NCBI GenBank assembly: GCA_964353855.1
Contig: CAYGWX010000003.1
Coordinates: 32,983 to 96,982, forward strand
Direction of reading: 5' to 3'
Length of the DNA: 64,000 bases
From: an uncultured bacterium
GTDB lineage: Bacteria; Edwardsbacteria; CAYGWX01
The notes under the pieces are model-generated. The model saw only the letters and a list, made by a program, of their open reading frames with translations. It was not told the origin of the DNA and ran no database searches. The translations under genes were made by a program, and so were the position numbers. Shown here one piece after another: positions 20,319 to 29,679 of the stretch (position 1 is its first letter; the number at the start of each line of letters is the position of its first letter).

Positions 20319-21302
20319 ATGGCTAATTTTAATGGCGTTGTAGGAGTTGCGGAACAACGAAATGGCAAGCTCCTATCGATCTCCTTGGAGGTTCTGACGG
20401 TTGCGCGTAAGATCGCCGATGACCTCGGGACTGAAGTCACGGCCATTCTCCTCGGAAGCTCCGATGGAGATACGCTGGCCAAACGGGGAGCTGATCGCGT
20501 TTGGATGGTTTCCGGTTCTGAACTTGAGCATTTTCAGGCTGGAATTTATAACCAAGTTCTGGGTCATCTTTTAGCTGAACTTAAGCCGGAAGTAATCGTG
20601 GGAGGGGCAACTATCGCGGGAAAGGCTTTATTCGGTCGGTTGGCAGCGAACTTAGGAACAGGATTAGCTTCGGACGCTGTAGCGATCGAGACCGACAAAG
20701 AAAAAGGGACCGTAGCCGTGACCCGTTCGGTTTATGGCGGAAGTGCGATGGCTCAGTGGGTCGTTCAAACCTTACCCCAGATTATAACCATCCGGTCTAA
20801 AGTCTTTGGGGAGGCCAAGCCGAACGGAGAACAGGGGGAGGTCATTCAGAAAGACGTGCCAAGGGAGTTATTTTCCTCTCCGGTTAAGTGGCTAAAATCC
20901 GGGGAAGAGCGGGGCCAATCCGTAAACTTGAGTCAAGCCGATATCATCGTTTCCGGGGGTCGTGGACTCAGGAGACCGGAAAACTTCGCGATAATTTACA
21001 GTCTGGCAAACGCCTTGGGTGGAGCCGTGGGCGCTTCCCGTGCCGTTGTTGACGCTGGCTGGATTTCCTATGCCCACCAGGTGGGACAGACTGGAAAGAC
21101 CGTCAATCCCAAGCTATACGTAGCTTGTGGCATCTCAGGCGCCATTCAGCATCTGGCCGGGATGCAGAGCTCAAAGTGTATCGTAGCAATCAACAAAGAC
21201 CCTGAGGCCCCAATATTCAAGATTGCTACTTATGGGATCGTCGGAGACCTGTTTGTCGTAGTTCCTGCCTTGACCCAGAAACTTAAAGCGCAGAACGAAT
21301 AG
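20319..21302 (+). CDS. etfA: electron transfer flavoprotein alpha subunit
   Basis: 327 aa with the FAD-binding C-terminal domain (IAINKDPEAPIF). Confidence 0.85.
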   Translation: MANFNGVVGVAEQRNGKLLSISLEVLTVARKIADDLGTEVTAILLGSSDGDTLAKRGADRVWMVSGSELEHFQAGIYNQVLGHLLAELKPEVIVGGATIAGKALFGRLAANLGTGLASDAVAIETDKEKGTVAVTRSVYGGSAMAQWVVQTLPQIITIRSKVFGEAKPNGEQGEVIQKDVPRELFSSPVKWLKSGEERGQSVNLSQADIIVSGGRGLRRPENFAIIYSLANALGGAVGASRAVVDAGWISYAHQVGQTGKTVNPKLYVACGISGAIQHLAGMQSSKCIVAINKDPEAPIFKIATYGIVGDLFVVVPALTQKLKAQNE

Positions 21303-21310
21303 GAGGAAAG

Positions 21311-22249
21311 GTGCCCGAACCCCGGGCGAGTCTGAATCTATCGATCGTCATTCCAGTACTTAATGAGGAGGAGAGTATAGAAGAGCTTGCTCGCCGGATC
21401 GGGGAGACCCTGATGCCGCTCCAGCTATCTTATGAAATCTTGTTCGTGGACGACGGTAGCACGGATGGGACTTTAGCCAAGATCTCTGCTTTGAACCAAA
21501 AGGATTTCCGGATCAAATCCCTGTCCTTCAACCGCAATTTCGGGAAATCTTATGCTTACAGCGCCGGTTTCGATGAAGCCCAGGGAGATATTGTGTTAAC
21601 CATGGATGGCGATCTGCAAGATGCCCCCGAGGAGATTCCTAAGTTCTTAGATAAAATCAAAGAGGGGTATGACCTCGTGACCGGCTGGAAATACAAAGGC
21701 AAGGGGAAACGAGCGCTGTCGAGCAGAGTATTTAATTGGATCACCGGACGTTCCATGCGGGTGAAAGTGCACGATTCCAATTGTCCCTTCAAAGCGTACC
21801 GACGGGAGGTTGTCAAGGTTCTGAGGATTTACGGCGAACTCTATCGTTTCATACCTGCCTTGGCTTACTGGCGAGGGTTTCGGGTGTCCGAAATCAAGGT
21901 AGAAAATTACCCTCGGAAATCCGGGTATTCAAAGTACGGCGTAGAGCGTTTCCTGAAGGGTTTTTTAGACTTTTTGACTGTGCTCTTCTTGACACGGTAT
22001 GTAAAACGTCCCCTGCACTTTTTTGGGATCTTCGGTCTTTTCGCTTTTGGGGGTGGTTTTGTACTTGATCTCTGGATCGCGGTCGCGGGAATCATATCCG
22101 GAAGGGTCGGTCATCAAGCGCTTCTGCTCTTGGGGTTGTTTTTGATAGTAATCGGTGTGCAGTTCATTTTCACTGGACTTTTGGGGGAGATGGTCTATAG
22201 CGTAAAAGGATGGGAGAAGGAGTATTTGGTCGCCCGAAGGATCGGATAG
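21311..22249 (+). CDS. GT2 polyprenyl-phosphate glycosyltransferase (ArnC/GtrB/DPM1-like) with C-terminal TM helices
   Basis: 312 aa. GT-A fold with the DDGSTDGT motif and two C-terminal hydrophobic helices. Confidence 0.75.
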   Translation: MPEPRASLNLSIVIPVLNEEESIEELARRIGETLMPLQLSYEILFVDDGSTDGTLAKISALNQKDFRIKSLSFNRNFGKSYAYSAGFDEAQGDIVLTMDGDLQDAPEEIPKFLDKIKEGYDLVTGWKYKGKGKRALSSRVFNWITGRSMRVKVHDSNCPFKAYRREVVKVLRIYGELYRFIPALAYWRGFRVSEIKVENYPRKSGYSKYGVERFLKGFLDFLTVLFLTRYVKRPLHFFGIFGLFAFGGGFVLDLWIAVAGIISGRVGHQALLLLGLFLIVIGVQFIFTGLLGEMVYSVKGWEKEYLVARRIG

Positions 22250-22273
22250 TCAAAAAGAGAGGAGAATGAAGAC

Positions 22274-22720
22274 GTGTCTTTGCTGAAACGAAGTTATCAG
22301 ACTCCGATGGTTCATTCCCATGAGGTGGAATCCCGATGGTTTCTCTTGGATGCTGAGGGAAAGATTCTGGGCCGCCTCGCGGTTCAAATCGCTACCCTGT
22401 TACGGGGAAAGAACAAGCCTTTTTTTACCCCCCAGGTAGAATGCGGAGATCAGGTGATTGTCGTGAACGCTGGTAAAGTGGTGGTTACAGGGAAAAAGTC
22501 AGAGCAGAAGCTTTATCGGCGTCATAGTGGCTATCCGGGAGGTTTCCGGGAAGTTACCTATGAACGAATGGTCGTTCAACATCCGGAGCGCATCATTGAG
22601 CACGCAGTGCGGGGAATGTTGCCCAAAAACGACTTGGGCCGCCAATTCTTTAGAAGGCTGCATGTCTATGCAGGCCCGGTACATCCACACAGGGCTCAAA
22701 ACGCCAAGGTAATCTCGTAG
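22274..22720 (+). CDS. rplM: 50S ribosomal protein L13
   Basis: 148 aa, L13 family. Confidence 0.9.
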   Translation: MSLLKRSYQTPMVHSHEVESRWFLLDAEGKILGRLAVQIATLLRGKNKPFFTPQVECGDQVIVVNAGKVVVTGKKSEQKLYRRHSGYPGGFREVTYERMVVQHPERIIEHAVRGMLPKNDLGRQFFRRLHVYAGPVHPHRAQNAKVIS

Positions 22721-22745
22721 GTAATTAAAGAAGGAGGAAGGGAGA

Positions 22746-23138
22746 TTGGCAACGATATCGTATGAGGCTACGGGTAGGAGGAAAACGTCGGTAGCCCGAG
22801 TAGCCTTAGTTTCTGGAAATGGGAAAAAGATTGTTAACGAACGTCCCTTTGAAGAGTATTTTACCCGGCCGACTTTTGCGATGGTCGTTGAGCAACCGTT
22901 CCGGGCAACTCAGACGGAGGGAAAATATGATTTAACTGCCAAAGTATCAGGAGGGGGAGTCTCAGGGCAGGCTGGTGCTTTGCGTTTGGGAATCGCTCGG
23001 GCCCTGCTCAAGGTCGATCCCGCCTTTCGCATAACATTGCGGGCAGCAGGCTTCTTGACGCGCGATCCCAGACAACATGAAAGGATGAAGTACGGGCTGG
23101 CTAAGCGGAGAAAGCGCTTCCAGTTTTCTAAGAGATAG
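22746..23138 (+). CDS. rpsI: 30S ribosomal protein S9
   Basis: 130 aa with the S9 C-terminal [11 protein letters not shown]. Confidence 0.9.
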   Translation: MATISYEATGRRKTSVARVALVSGNGKKIVNERPFEEYFTRPTFAMVVEQPFRATQTEGKYDLTAKVSGGGVSGQAGALRLGIARALLKVDPAFRITLRAAGFLTRDPRQHERMKYGLAKRRKRFQFSKR

Positions 23139-23268
23139 GTTAAATATTCACACTCTGTCTTTGCACGGCTGGGTTTTCCTGCTATTGTTTATGGGATACG
23201 CCGCAAGCAAACGATTTAAGGTCAGCAGGAAGCGGAGGCCAAAACTCAATCATTGAGGAGAAAAAACA

Positions 23269-24297
23269 TTGCCCCACCTATCTATTAAAGAGCTTTTAGA
23301 AGCCGGGGTTCACTTCGGTCACCAGACACGCCGCTGGAACCCAAAGATGAAGAAATTCATTTTCGGGGCACGCAATGGGATATATATCCTGGATCTTCAG
23401 AAGACGGTCAAGGCATTAGACCTGGCTTATGAGCTGCTGCGGCAAAAGGCTTCTGAAAGTGAATCCATCTTGTTCGTTGGAACTAAGAAACAAGCGAAAG
23501 ACATGGTTGCCGATGAGGCCCGTCGATGCGGAATGTTCCACGTCACCGAGCGCTGGCTTGGCGGCATGCTGACCAACTTTCAGACGATCAAGTCGAGTAT
23601 TCGCCGCCTGAAGTCGATCGAGACGATGTCCACGGACGGCACTTTCGCCGCGTTGACGAAGAAAGAGGTCCTTAAGCTGGAAAAGGAAAAAGACAAGTTA
23701 GAAAAAGTTCTTTCGGGAGTGAAGGAGATGGATCGCCTTCCTGGCGCTCTTTACTTGGTTGACACTCGTAAAGACAACATTGCCGTGGCCGAAGCTAATC
23801 GCTTGGGAATTCCGGTCGTGGCCATTGTGGATACAAACTGTGACCCCGATCCTATTGATATACCTATTCCGGGAAATGACGACGCAATCCGTTCCATCCG
23901 TCTCATTTCCACCTTAATGGCCAATGCGGTTCAGGAAGGAAAAGAAGCAGCCTTGAAGGAGCTCCAGGCTGGAATCGCAGAATCCCACAAGGAGGATGCT
24001 AGGCCAACAGTTTCCGAGAGGACACCGAAGCCTAAAGTAAAGGATACCCCAAAACCTGCTCCCCATCGGCGGTTCCTTTCCCTGCTCCAAAAACCTGGAG
24101 AGGTTTCCAAGGAAGCCAAGATGGAAAAGACGAAGGCTCCGCCCGCGTCTAAGCCCTTAACGGAAAAGAAACCGCCTTCAAAGAAAGGGGGAAATAAGAA
24201 ACCCGAGGCACCCAAACACACTCTCCGAAAGGCGGATGAGAAACCTAAGGCCAAAACCGAGACCAAGCCTGGGCTGTACAAGAAGGAAGGAGCATAA
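23269..24297 (+). CDS. rpsB: 30S ribosomal protein S2 with a ~110-aa Lys/Pro/Glu-rich C-terminal extension
   Basis: The S2 core spans aa 1-235. A low-complexity basic tail ([12 protein letters not shown]...[17 protein letters not shown]) follows. Confidence 0.85.
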   Translation: MPHLSIKELLEAGVHFGHQTRRWNPKMKKFIFGARNGIYILDLQKTVKALDLAYELLRQKASESESILFVGTKKQAKDMVADEARRCGMFHVTERWLGGMLTNFQTIKSSIRRLKSIETMSTDGTFAALTKKEVLKLEKEKDKLEKVLSGVKEMDRLPGALYLVDTRKDNIAVAEANRLGIPVVAIVDTNCDPDPIDIPIPGNDDAIRSIRLISTLMANAVQEGKEAALKELQAGIAESHKEDARPTVSERTPKPKVKDTPKPAPHRRFLSLLQKPGEVSKEAKMEKTKAPPASKPLTEKKPPSKKGGNKKPEAPKHTLRKADEKPKAKTETKPGLYKKEGA

Positions 24298-24302
24298 CCG
24301 GA

Positions 24303-24896
24303 ATGGCTATTACGGCATCACAGGTTAAGGAATTAAGGATTAAAACCGGTGCGGGAATGATGGACTGCAAGAAAGCCTTGGAGGCCTCCAATGGAGATAT
24401 GGATAAAGCTGTAACCTATCTCAGGGAAAAAGGCATCGCCAAAGCCGAATCCAAAATGGGCCGAGCCACTAGCGAAGGTCTGGTAGCTACCTATATCCAT
24501 ACCGGTTCCAAGTTGGGTACTTTGGTTGAAGTCAACTGCGAAACCGACTTCGTAGCTAAAACTGAGGAATTCAAAACACTAGCCAAAGAATTAGCCATGC
24601 AGGTGGCGGCCACAGACCCACTTGTGGTCCAGAGAGGGGACCTTTCGGAGGAGATCGTAGGGAAAGAGAAATCCATTTATCGTACCCAGGCTTTGTCCAG
24701 TGGGAAGCCCGAGAAGGCTATAGAGAAGATCATCGAGGGTAAATTAGAAAAATTCTACGCCACCGTTTGCCTGATGGAACAACTTTACGTACGCGATCCC
24801 AACAAGACTATCGGTACTTTCATAAAGGAAAGCATTGCCAAGCTTGGGGAAAATATAGCTGTACGCCGTTTTGTACGGTTCAAATTGGGTGAATAA
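24303..24896 (+). CDS. tsf: elongation factor Ts (short form)
   Basis: 197 aa with the UBA-like N-terminus MAITASQVKELRIKTGAGMMDCKKAL. Confidence 0.85.
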   Translation: MAITASQVKELRIKTGAGMMDCKKALEASNGDMDKAVTYLREKGIAKAESKMGRATSEGLVATYIHTGSKLGTLVEVNCETDFVAKTEEFKTLAKELAMQVAATDPLVVQRGDLSEEIVGKEKSIYRTQALSSGKPEKAIEKIIEGKLEKFYATVCLMEQLYVRDPNKTIGTFIKESIAKLGENIAVRRFVRFKLGE

Positions 24897-24923
24897 AGAA
24901 GAACGGCTCCTATTCAAAGAGTT

Positions 24924-25682
24924 ATGAAGACGAAAGCCGTAAAGAAATCGATACGGGAGAGTGGGGGGGCGAGTCTCATTTATCGGCGCATCCTGCTTAA
25001 GGTTTCTGGGGAAATGTTGGCGGGATCCTTAAAAAGGGGATTTGATTTTGACTCGATTCGTTCGTTTGCCGATCAAGTCGTCGATATTCATCATCTTGGA
25101 GTAGAGATTGGTATCGTAGTCGGAGGGGGGAATATTTTCCGCGGAAGTCGGATTGGAGGTGAAATACTTGACCGGGTGTCAGCTGACCAAATGGGGATGC
25201 TTGCCACGGTAATTAACAGCTTGGCTCTTCAAGACGTTTTGGAGAAGAAGGGCTGCTTCACCCGGGTGATGTCAGCTATCCCCATGCAATCTGTGGCCGA
25301 GCCCTATATCCGTAGAAGGGCCATCCGTCATATCGAAAAAGGGCGCATTGTGCTCCTGGCTGCTGGAACGGGCAATCCCTATTTCACGACGGACACCGCG
25401 GCCGTGTTGCGCGCAATCGAGATCAAGGCCCAGGTGATCCTCAAAGGGACCAAAGTGGATGGGGTCTACGATGACGACCCCATGGTTCGCCCTGGAGCAC
25501 GGCGATATGAGCGCCTGAAATTCATGCAAGTCCTGGAACGGGAACTCGGAGTAATGGATACGACAGCCATCTCTCTTTGCAAGGAAAACGATCTGCCCCT
25601 TATCGTGTTCAGACTTCAGGAAAAGGGTTCCCTCCGGAAGATCGTATCCGGGGAGCCTGTCGGAACGCTTATTTCACGTTGA
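24924..25682 (+). CDS. pyrH: UMP kinase
   Basis: 252 aa amino-acid kinase fold ([19 protein letters not shown]). Confidence 0.9.
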   Translation: MKTKAVKKSIRESGGASLIYRRILLKVSGEMLAGSLKRGFDFDSIRSFADQVVDIHHLGVEIGIVVGGGNIFRGSRIGGEILDRVSADQMGMLATVINSLALQDVLEKKGCFTRVMSAIPMQSVAEPYIRRRAIRHIEKGRIVLLAAGTGNPYFTTDTAAVLRAIEIKAQVILKGTKVDGVYDDDPMVRPGARRYERLKFMQVLERELGVMDTTAISLCKENDLPLIVFRLQEKGSLRKIVSGEPVGTLISR

Positions 25683-25698
25683 GAAGGGAGACCTCCTA

Positions 25699-26256
25699 AT
25701 GGATAAAAGGATTTTCATGAATACCGAGGAACACATGAAGAAGACTCTCGAATCTCTGCGCACCGAATTCGCAGGAATCCGGACTGGGAAAGCAACCTCC
25801 TCCCTTTTAGACGTTCTCCGTGTCTCGGCCTATGGGGCACAAGTTCCTTTGAAGCAGGTCGCTTCGGTCACAGCTCCGGAGGCACGGCTTCTGATCATAC
25901 AGCCATGGGATAAATCTCTGATCGGTGAGATCGAGAAAGCCATTCAAAAATCAGATCTAGGCCTGAATCCCTCAAGCGATGGTCAAGTGGTCCGGTTGCC
26001 CATACCGCCTCTGACTGAGGAAAGGCGCCGAGAGCTGGTTAAGGTGGTCAAGAAAATGGCCGAGGAGTCTCGGGTTGGGATCCGCAATATTCGCCGCGAC
26101 GCAAACGAGACCGTCAAGAAAATGCTTAAGGAGAGCAAGATTTCCGAGGATGAAGATAAGCAGGCTCACGAACAGACCCAGAAACTTACCGATAAATATA
26201 TTAGTTTGGTAGACGAAGTCCTGGTTCAAAAGGAAAAGGAGATCATGGAGGTATAG
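25699..26256 (+). CDS. frr: ribosome recycling factor
   Basis: 185 aa, RRF family. Confidence 0.9.
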   Translation: MDKRIFMNTEEHMKKTLESLRTEFAGIRTGKATSSLLDVLRVSAYGAQVPLKQVASVTAPEARLLIIQPWDKSLIGEIEKAIQKSDLGLNPSSDGQVVRLPIPPLTEERRRELVKVVKKMAEESRVGIRNIRRDANETVKKMLKESKISEDEDKQAHEQTQKLTDKYISLVDEVLVQKEKEIMEV

Positions 26257-26341
26257 TTGGACCTGAAAGAAATGATGCAAAAGGGGTAAATGGCCGGCGC
26301 TTTGTTTCTTGGGGTGCAGGCCATTCTTTTTTTAATTTAAT

Positions 26342-27058
26342 ATGAACAAATCTATCAATACTCTGCCCAAGCATATCGCGATCATCATGGACGGGAATGG
26401 ACGGTGGGCACGGGAGCGCGGCCTACCTAGAATCTTCGGGCATCGGGCCGGGATCGAGTCCGTGCGGGAGATCGTGCGGGCCTGCGGAGAGGTCGGCATC
26501 GAAGCCTTAACCCTCTATGTCTTCTCGGTGGAGAACTGGGAGCGCCCTAGGGAGGAGGTCCGGGGGCTGATGGGCATGCTCCGGGAACTCCTGCGCAAGG
26601 AGGTCCGCGAGCTGGACAAGAACAACGTCCGGCTGATGAGCATCGGCCACCGGGACATGCTGCCCAAAGTCATCCAGGAGGAACTGGTGCGGGCGATCAA
26701 AGCCCTGGAGAAGAACACCGGCCTTATCCTGAACCTTGCGCTCTCTTACGGCGGGAGGGCGGAGATTGTGGAGGCCGCGCGGCGGATCGGGGAGGAGGCC
26801 AAGGAGGGAAGGCTCGACCCGGCGAAGTTGGACGAGAGGACGTTCGCTAAGCATCTTTACGCCCCGGAGCTACCTGACCCGGACCTCCTGATCCGCACCG
26901 CCGGAGAGATGCGTATTTCGAACTTTCTCCTTTGGCAGATCGCTTACGCCGAGCTTTATGTCACGGACGTGCTCTGGCCGGATTTCAGACGGCCGAACCT
27001 GCTTAAGGCCATCGATGAATACCAGAAGCGGGAGCGCCGCTTCGGAAGGGTTCCGTGA
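26342..27058 (+). CDS. uppS: undecaprenyl diphosphate synthase
   Basis: 238 aa cis-IPPS (IMDGNGRWA). Confidence 0.9.
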   Translation: MNKSINTLPKHIAIIMDGNGRWARERGLPRIFGHRAGIESVREIVRACGEVGIEALTLYVFSVENWERPREEVRGLMGMLRELLRKEVRELDKNNVRLMSIGHRDMLPKVIQEELVRAIKALEKNTGLILNLALSYGGRAEIVEAARRIGEEAKEGRLDPAKLDERTFAKHLYAPELPDPDLLIRTAGEMRISNFLLWQIAYAELYVTDVLWPDFRRPNLLKAIDEYQKRERRFGRVP

Positions 27059-27909
27059 GCGTTCCGAATGCCACCCGTCCGTCCTCACTTCTGCTCCGCA
27101 TCCTTTCGACCATCGTCTTCATTCCCATTCTGCTCCTGGCCAATGCCCTGGGCGGCTTGCCCTACGTCGCGTTCATCCTGATCATCGTGGGCGTGAGCCT
27201 GTACGAGTTCTACAGAATGGCCGAGGCCAAGGGGCTCGCGGTGCCCAAGCTCTGTGGAATCCTTTCCGGGCTTTTTCTTTGCCTGGCCCTATCCGGAAGG
27301 CTTCATCCCTGGCTGGCCTTTTCCGAGCGCTGGCTGGGGGCTTCGGCGGTCTCCCTGATCCTCGGACTCCTTCTTCTCCTGGGCCGGGGTAAGCCCTCAG
27401 AGTTCCTCACGAGCGTTTGCGCGCTGCTTGCCGGGGCCGTCTACGTCGCCCTGCCCCTGGGCTGTTTTCTGCTCCTGCGGGGTATGGGGGAGGAGGTCTG
27501 GAAATCCAAGAGTTACTCTCTCCTGCCCTTTGCCCTGACCTGGTTCTGCGATACTTTCGCCTACGGGGTCGGGATGACCCTCGGGCGGCACAAGTTAGCT
27601 TCGGTGATAAGCCCCAACAAGACCGTGGAAGGAGCGATCGGCGGGATCCTGGGGGCCATGGTTGCGGGATTCTTTTCCAAAATCATCTTCGCCTCTTACC
27701 TGGGCTGGACGGATGCCATCGCCCTGGGGGTCCTGGTGGGGATCTTCGGACAGGTAGGGGACCTGCTGGAATCGGCGATGAAGCGGGACGCCGGGATCAA
27801 GGACACCTCGCGGATCATCCCCGGGCACGGCGGAGCCCTGGACCGATTCGACAGCTTCATCTTCACCGTACCCCTGATCTACCTTTACCTGAGGTTCTTT
27901 GTGGCTTGA
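27055..27909 (+). CDS. cdsA: phosphatidate cytidylyltransferase
   Basis: 284 aa multi-TM protein with the C-terminal CTP-transferase signature (SxxKRxxGxKD, PGHGGxLDRxDS). Confidence 0.85.
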   Translation: MSVPNATRPSSLLLRILSTIVFIPILLLANALGGLPYVAFILIIVGVSLYEFYRMAEAKGLAVPKLCGILSGLFLCLALSGRLHPWLAFSERWLGASAVSLILGLLLLLGRGKPSEFLTSVCALLAGAVYVALPLGCFLLLRGMGEEVWKSKSYSLLPFALTWFCDTFAYGVGMTLGRHKLASVISPNKTVEGAIGGILGAMVAGFFSKIIFASYLGWTDAIALGVLVGIFGQVGDLLESAMKRDAGIKDTSRIIPGHGGALDRFDSFIFTVPLIYLYLRFFVA

Positions 27910-29174
27910 GCCTGAGAACCCGGATCGCAATTTGGGCTCTGGCTTTTGGGGGGGTTCTACTGGGAAGTGGGTGCCCGGGCCGGAAGGCCACGGGCATTGT
28001 GGAGGTAAGCTTCTGGCACGTCCTGGGTGGGCCGATCGAGAAAACCCTCGAGGCCATGATCGCGGAGTTCAACCGGACCCATCCTGGAATTTCTGTTAAG
28101 CCTTTAGGGTTGGGAAGCTATGATGCTCTTTCTCAGAAGCTCTTGGCGGCTGTTGCCGCAGGAAAACCGCCTGTAGCTTCTCAGGCTTATGAGAGCTGGA
28201 CCGCGAAGCTCATCGAGTCCCGGGCCATCGTGCCGATTCAAGACTTCGCGTCCGGGCCGGACGGCCTGTTCCCGGAAGAACGGAGCGACATCTACCCTGC
28301 CTTGATGCGCTCCTGCACGATCCGGGACACGCTTTGGGCCTGGCCGTTCAACAAGAGCGTCCCGGCTCTATACTACAACCGGGATATGTTCCAGAAGTCC
28401 GGTCTGGACCCAGACCTCCCGCCAGCCACATGGGAGGAGTTCCGTTCCGCTGCCCGGAGGCTGACTCGCAAGGGGGGCTTCGGGACCGCGTTCAAGGTGG
28501 ACGTCTGGGACTTCGGGTGCCTGCTCTACCAGAACGGAGGCTCCTATCTCACCCCGGACCGGAAGCACACGGCTTTCCAAGCCCGGGAAGGGGTGGAGGC
28601 CCTGAGCTACTGGCGCGGGCTCCTCTCCCCGGACTCCTCGGCTTACCTCACCACCGGGTTCGAGAACCAGAACGACTTCCTCTTGGGCAAGGTGGGCATG
28701 ATCCGAAGCTCCTGCGCCTCCTTATCCTACCTGGACACCCTGATCAAGTTCGACCTTGGTTTGGCTGCCCTGCCCGGGGGAAAGAGAAAGGCCGTGATCC
28801 TGGCCGGGACCAACGCCGTCATCTTCGCCAAGGCTTCCCCGGAGCAGAGGAGGGCGGCCTGGCTCTTTCTGAAGTGGATGAGCGAGCCAGAGCAGACCGC
28901 GAGGTGGTCCGCAGAGTCGTCCTATCTTCCAATCATGAAATCGGCTCTATCACAAGAGATTATGCAGGCTAAGTTAAAGCGATTTCGAGGACTTGAGCAA
29001 GTGATCTCCCAGCTTGAATATGCGGAGCTGGAGCCCAACGAGGGCGGCTGGCTCACCGGGCGCAAAGTCCTGGAGACCGAAGCCCTGGAAAAGGCCCTGA
29101 GAGGGCAGGCCGAGCCCGGCCCGGCCCTGGAGGACGCAGCCAGGAAGGTGGAAAAGGAACTGGCCAAAGAATGA
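27906..29174 (+). CDS. ABC transporter substrate-binding lipoprotein (family 1 sugar/solute-binding) with no adjacent permease or ATPase
   Basis: ~420 aa. The track ORF at 27417 overlaps cdsA in another frame. The real start is probably TTG/ATG near 27906, giving signal peptide LRTRIAIWALAFGGVLLGSGC (lipobox-like). Confidence 0.6.
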   Translation: MSLRTRIAIWALAFGGVLLGSGCPGRKATGIVEVSFWHVLGGPIEKTLEAMIAEFNRTHPGISVKPLGLGSYDALSQKLLAAVAAGKPPVASQAYESWTAKLIESRAIVPIQDFASGPDGLFPEERSDIYPALMRSCTIRDTLWAWPFNKSVPALYYNRDMFQKSGLDPDLPPATWEEFRSAARRLTRKGGFGTAFKVDVWDFGCLLYQNGGSYLTPDRKHTAFQAREGVEALSYWRGLLSPDSSAYLTTGFENQNDFLLGKVGMIRSSCASLSYLDTLIKFDLGLAALPGGKRKAVILAGTNAVIFAKASPEQRRAAWLFLKWMSEPEQTARWSAESSYLPIMKSALSQEIMQAKLKRFRGLEQVISQLEYAELEPNEGGWLTGRKVLETEALEKALRGQAEPGPALEDAARKVEKELAKE

Positions 29175-29241
29175 TGCCCTGACCGGGGTCCGTTACCAAG
29201 CCCCCTCAGAGACCCAAGAAGGGCCTTCTGACCGCTTGAAA

Positions 29242-29280
29242 GGGGAGGGGAAGGGAATTACCCCTCCCCCTCATCTTTTC
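29242..29280 (+). terminator. Rho-independent terminator after the SBP gene
   Basis: ggggagggg-10-nt loop-cccctcccc, followed by ctcatcttttc. Confidence 0.5.
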
Positions 29281-29298
29281 ACCCCTCCTGCCCAAAAC

Positions 29299-29325
29299 CT
29301 ACCCTCCCCCGAAGGGGGAGGGTAG
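29299..29325. other. Very stable perfect hairpin (12-bp stem ctaccctccccc-gaa-gggggagggtag)
   Basis: Palindrome read directly from the sequence. Only a weak T-tract (gcgttttc) follows. Confidence 0.5.
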
Positions 29326-29343
29326 AAGCGTTTTCGGGGTATC

Positions 29344-29398
29344 ACCAATCCAGGACCAAGCCGGAACCAATCCAGAACCAAGTCAGAACCAAGTCGGT
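29344..29398. repeat. Tandem array of five 11-bp units (consensus AACCAAGYCRG)
   Basis: caccaatccag / gaccaagccgg / aaccaatccag / aaccaagtcag / aaccaagtcgg, contiguous. Confidence 0.7.
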
Positions 29399-29510
29399 TT
29401 GCACAAGCTCCTGTCTACCACTGCGGCAGGGCCTGTAGACCACCCCTCGCGCACCCCTTTAGGGGCTCCCCGGAGCCTGAACAAAGGTCGAGGAATAAAC
29501 GGAAAGTGAT

Positions 29511-29580
29511 ATTTCCCCCCGCCCGCCCACCCTGAAACGGCAGAGGTTAGAGGTTAGAAATTAGAGGATAGAGAAGGAAA
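29511..29580. repeat. R2 repeat copy 1 (ccccccgcccgcccaccc...ggcagaggttagaggttagaaattagagg; heptamer AGRTTAG sub-repeats)
   Basis: Shares ~70 nt with copies at 29591..29655 and 32171..32315. Confidence 0.6.
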
Positions 29581-29590
29581 AGACGAATTT

Positions 29591-29655
29591 AATCCCCCCA
29601 CCCACCTTTGAAGGGCAGAGGTTAGAAGTTTGAGATTAGAGGTTAGAAAAGAAAA
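29591..29655. repeat. R2 repeat copy 2
   Basis: atccccccacccacctttgaagggcagaggttagaagtttgagattagaggttagaaaag. Confidence 0.6.
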
Positions 29656-29679
29656 AAGGGTTGAAAAAGGAGGGGGAAT

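Noticed and set aside
27417-27905. 5' part of the 585-aa track ORF (MRAACRGRLRR...) overlapping cdsA
   Set aside because: Out-of-frame overlap with cdsA. The real SBP gene most likely starts near 27906, where the signal peptide begins.
29511-29655. Heptamer AGGTTAG arrays as telomere-like repeats or a CRISPR array
   Set aside because: Units are only 7 bp with no spacers of 25-40 nt and no cas genes in the window. Not CRISPR. The telomere resemblance is superficial.
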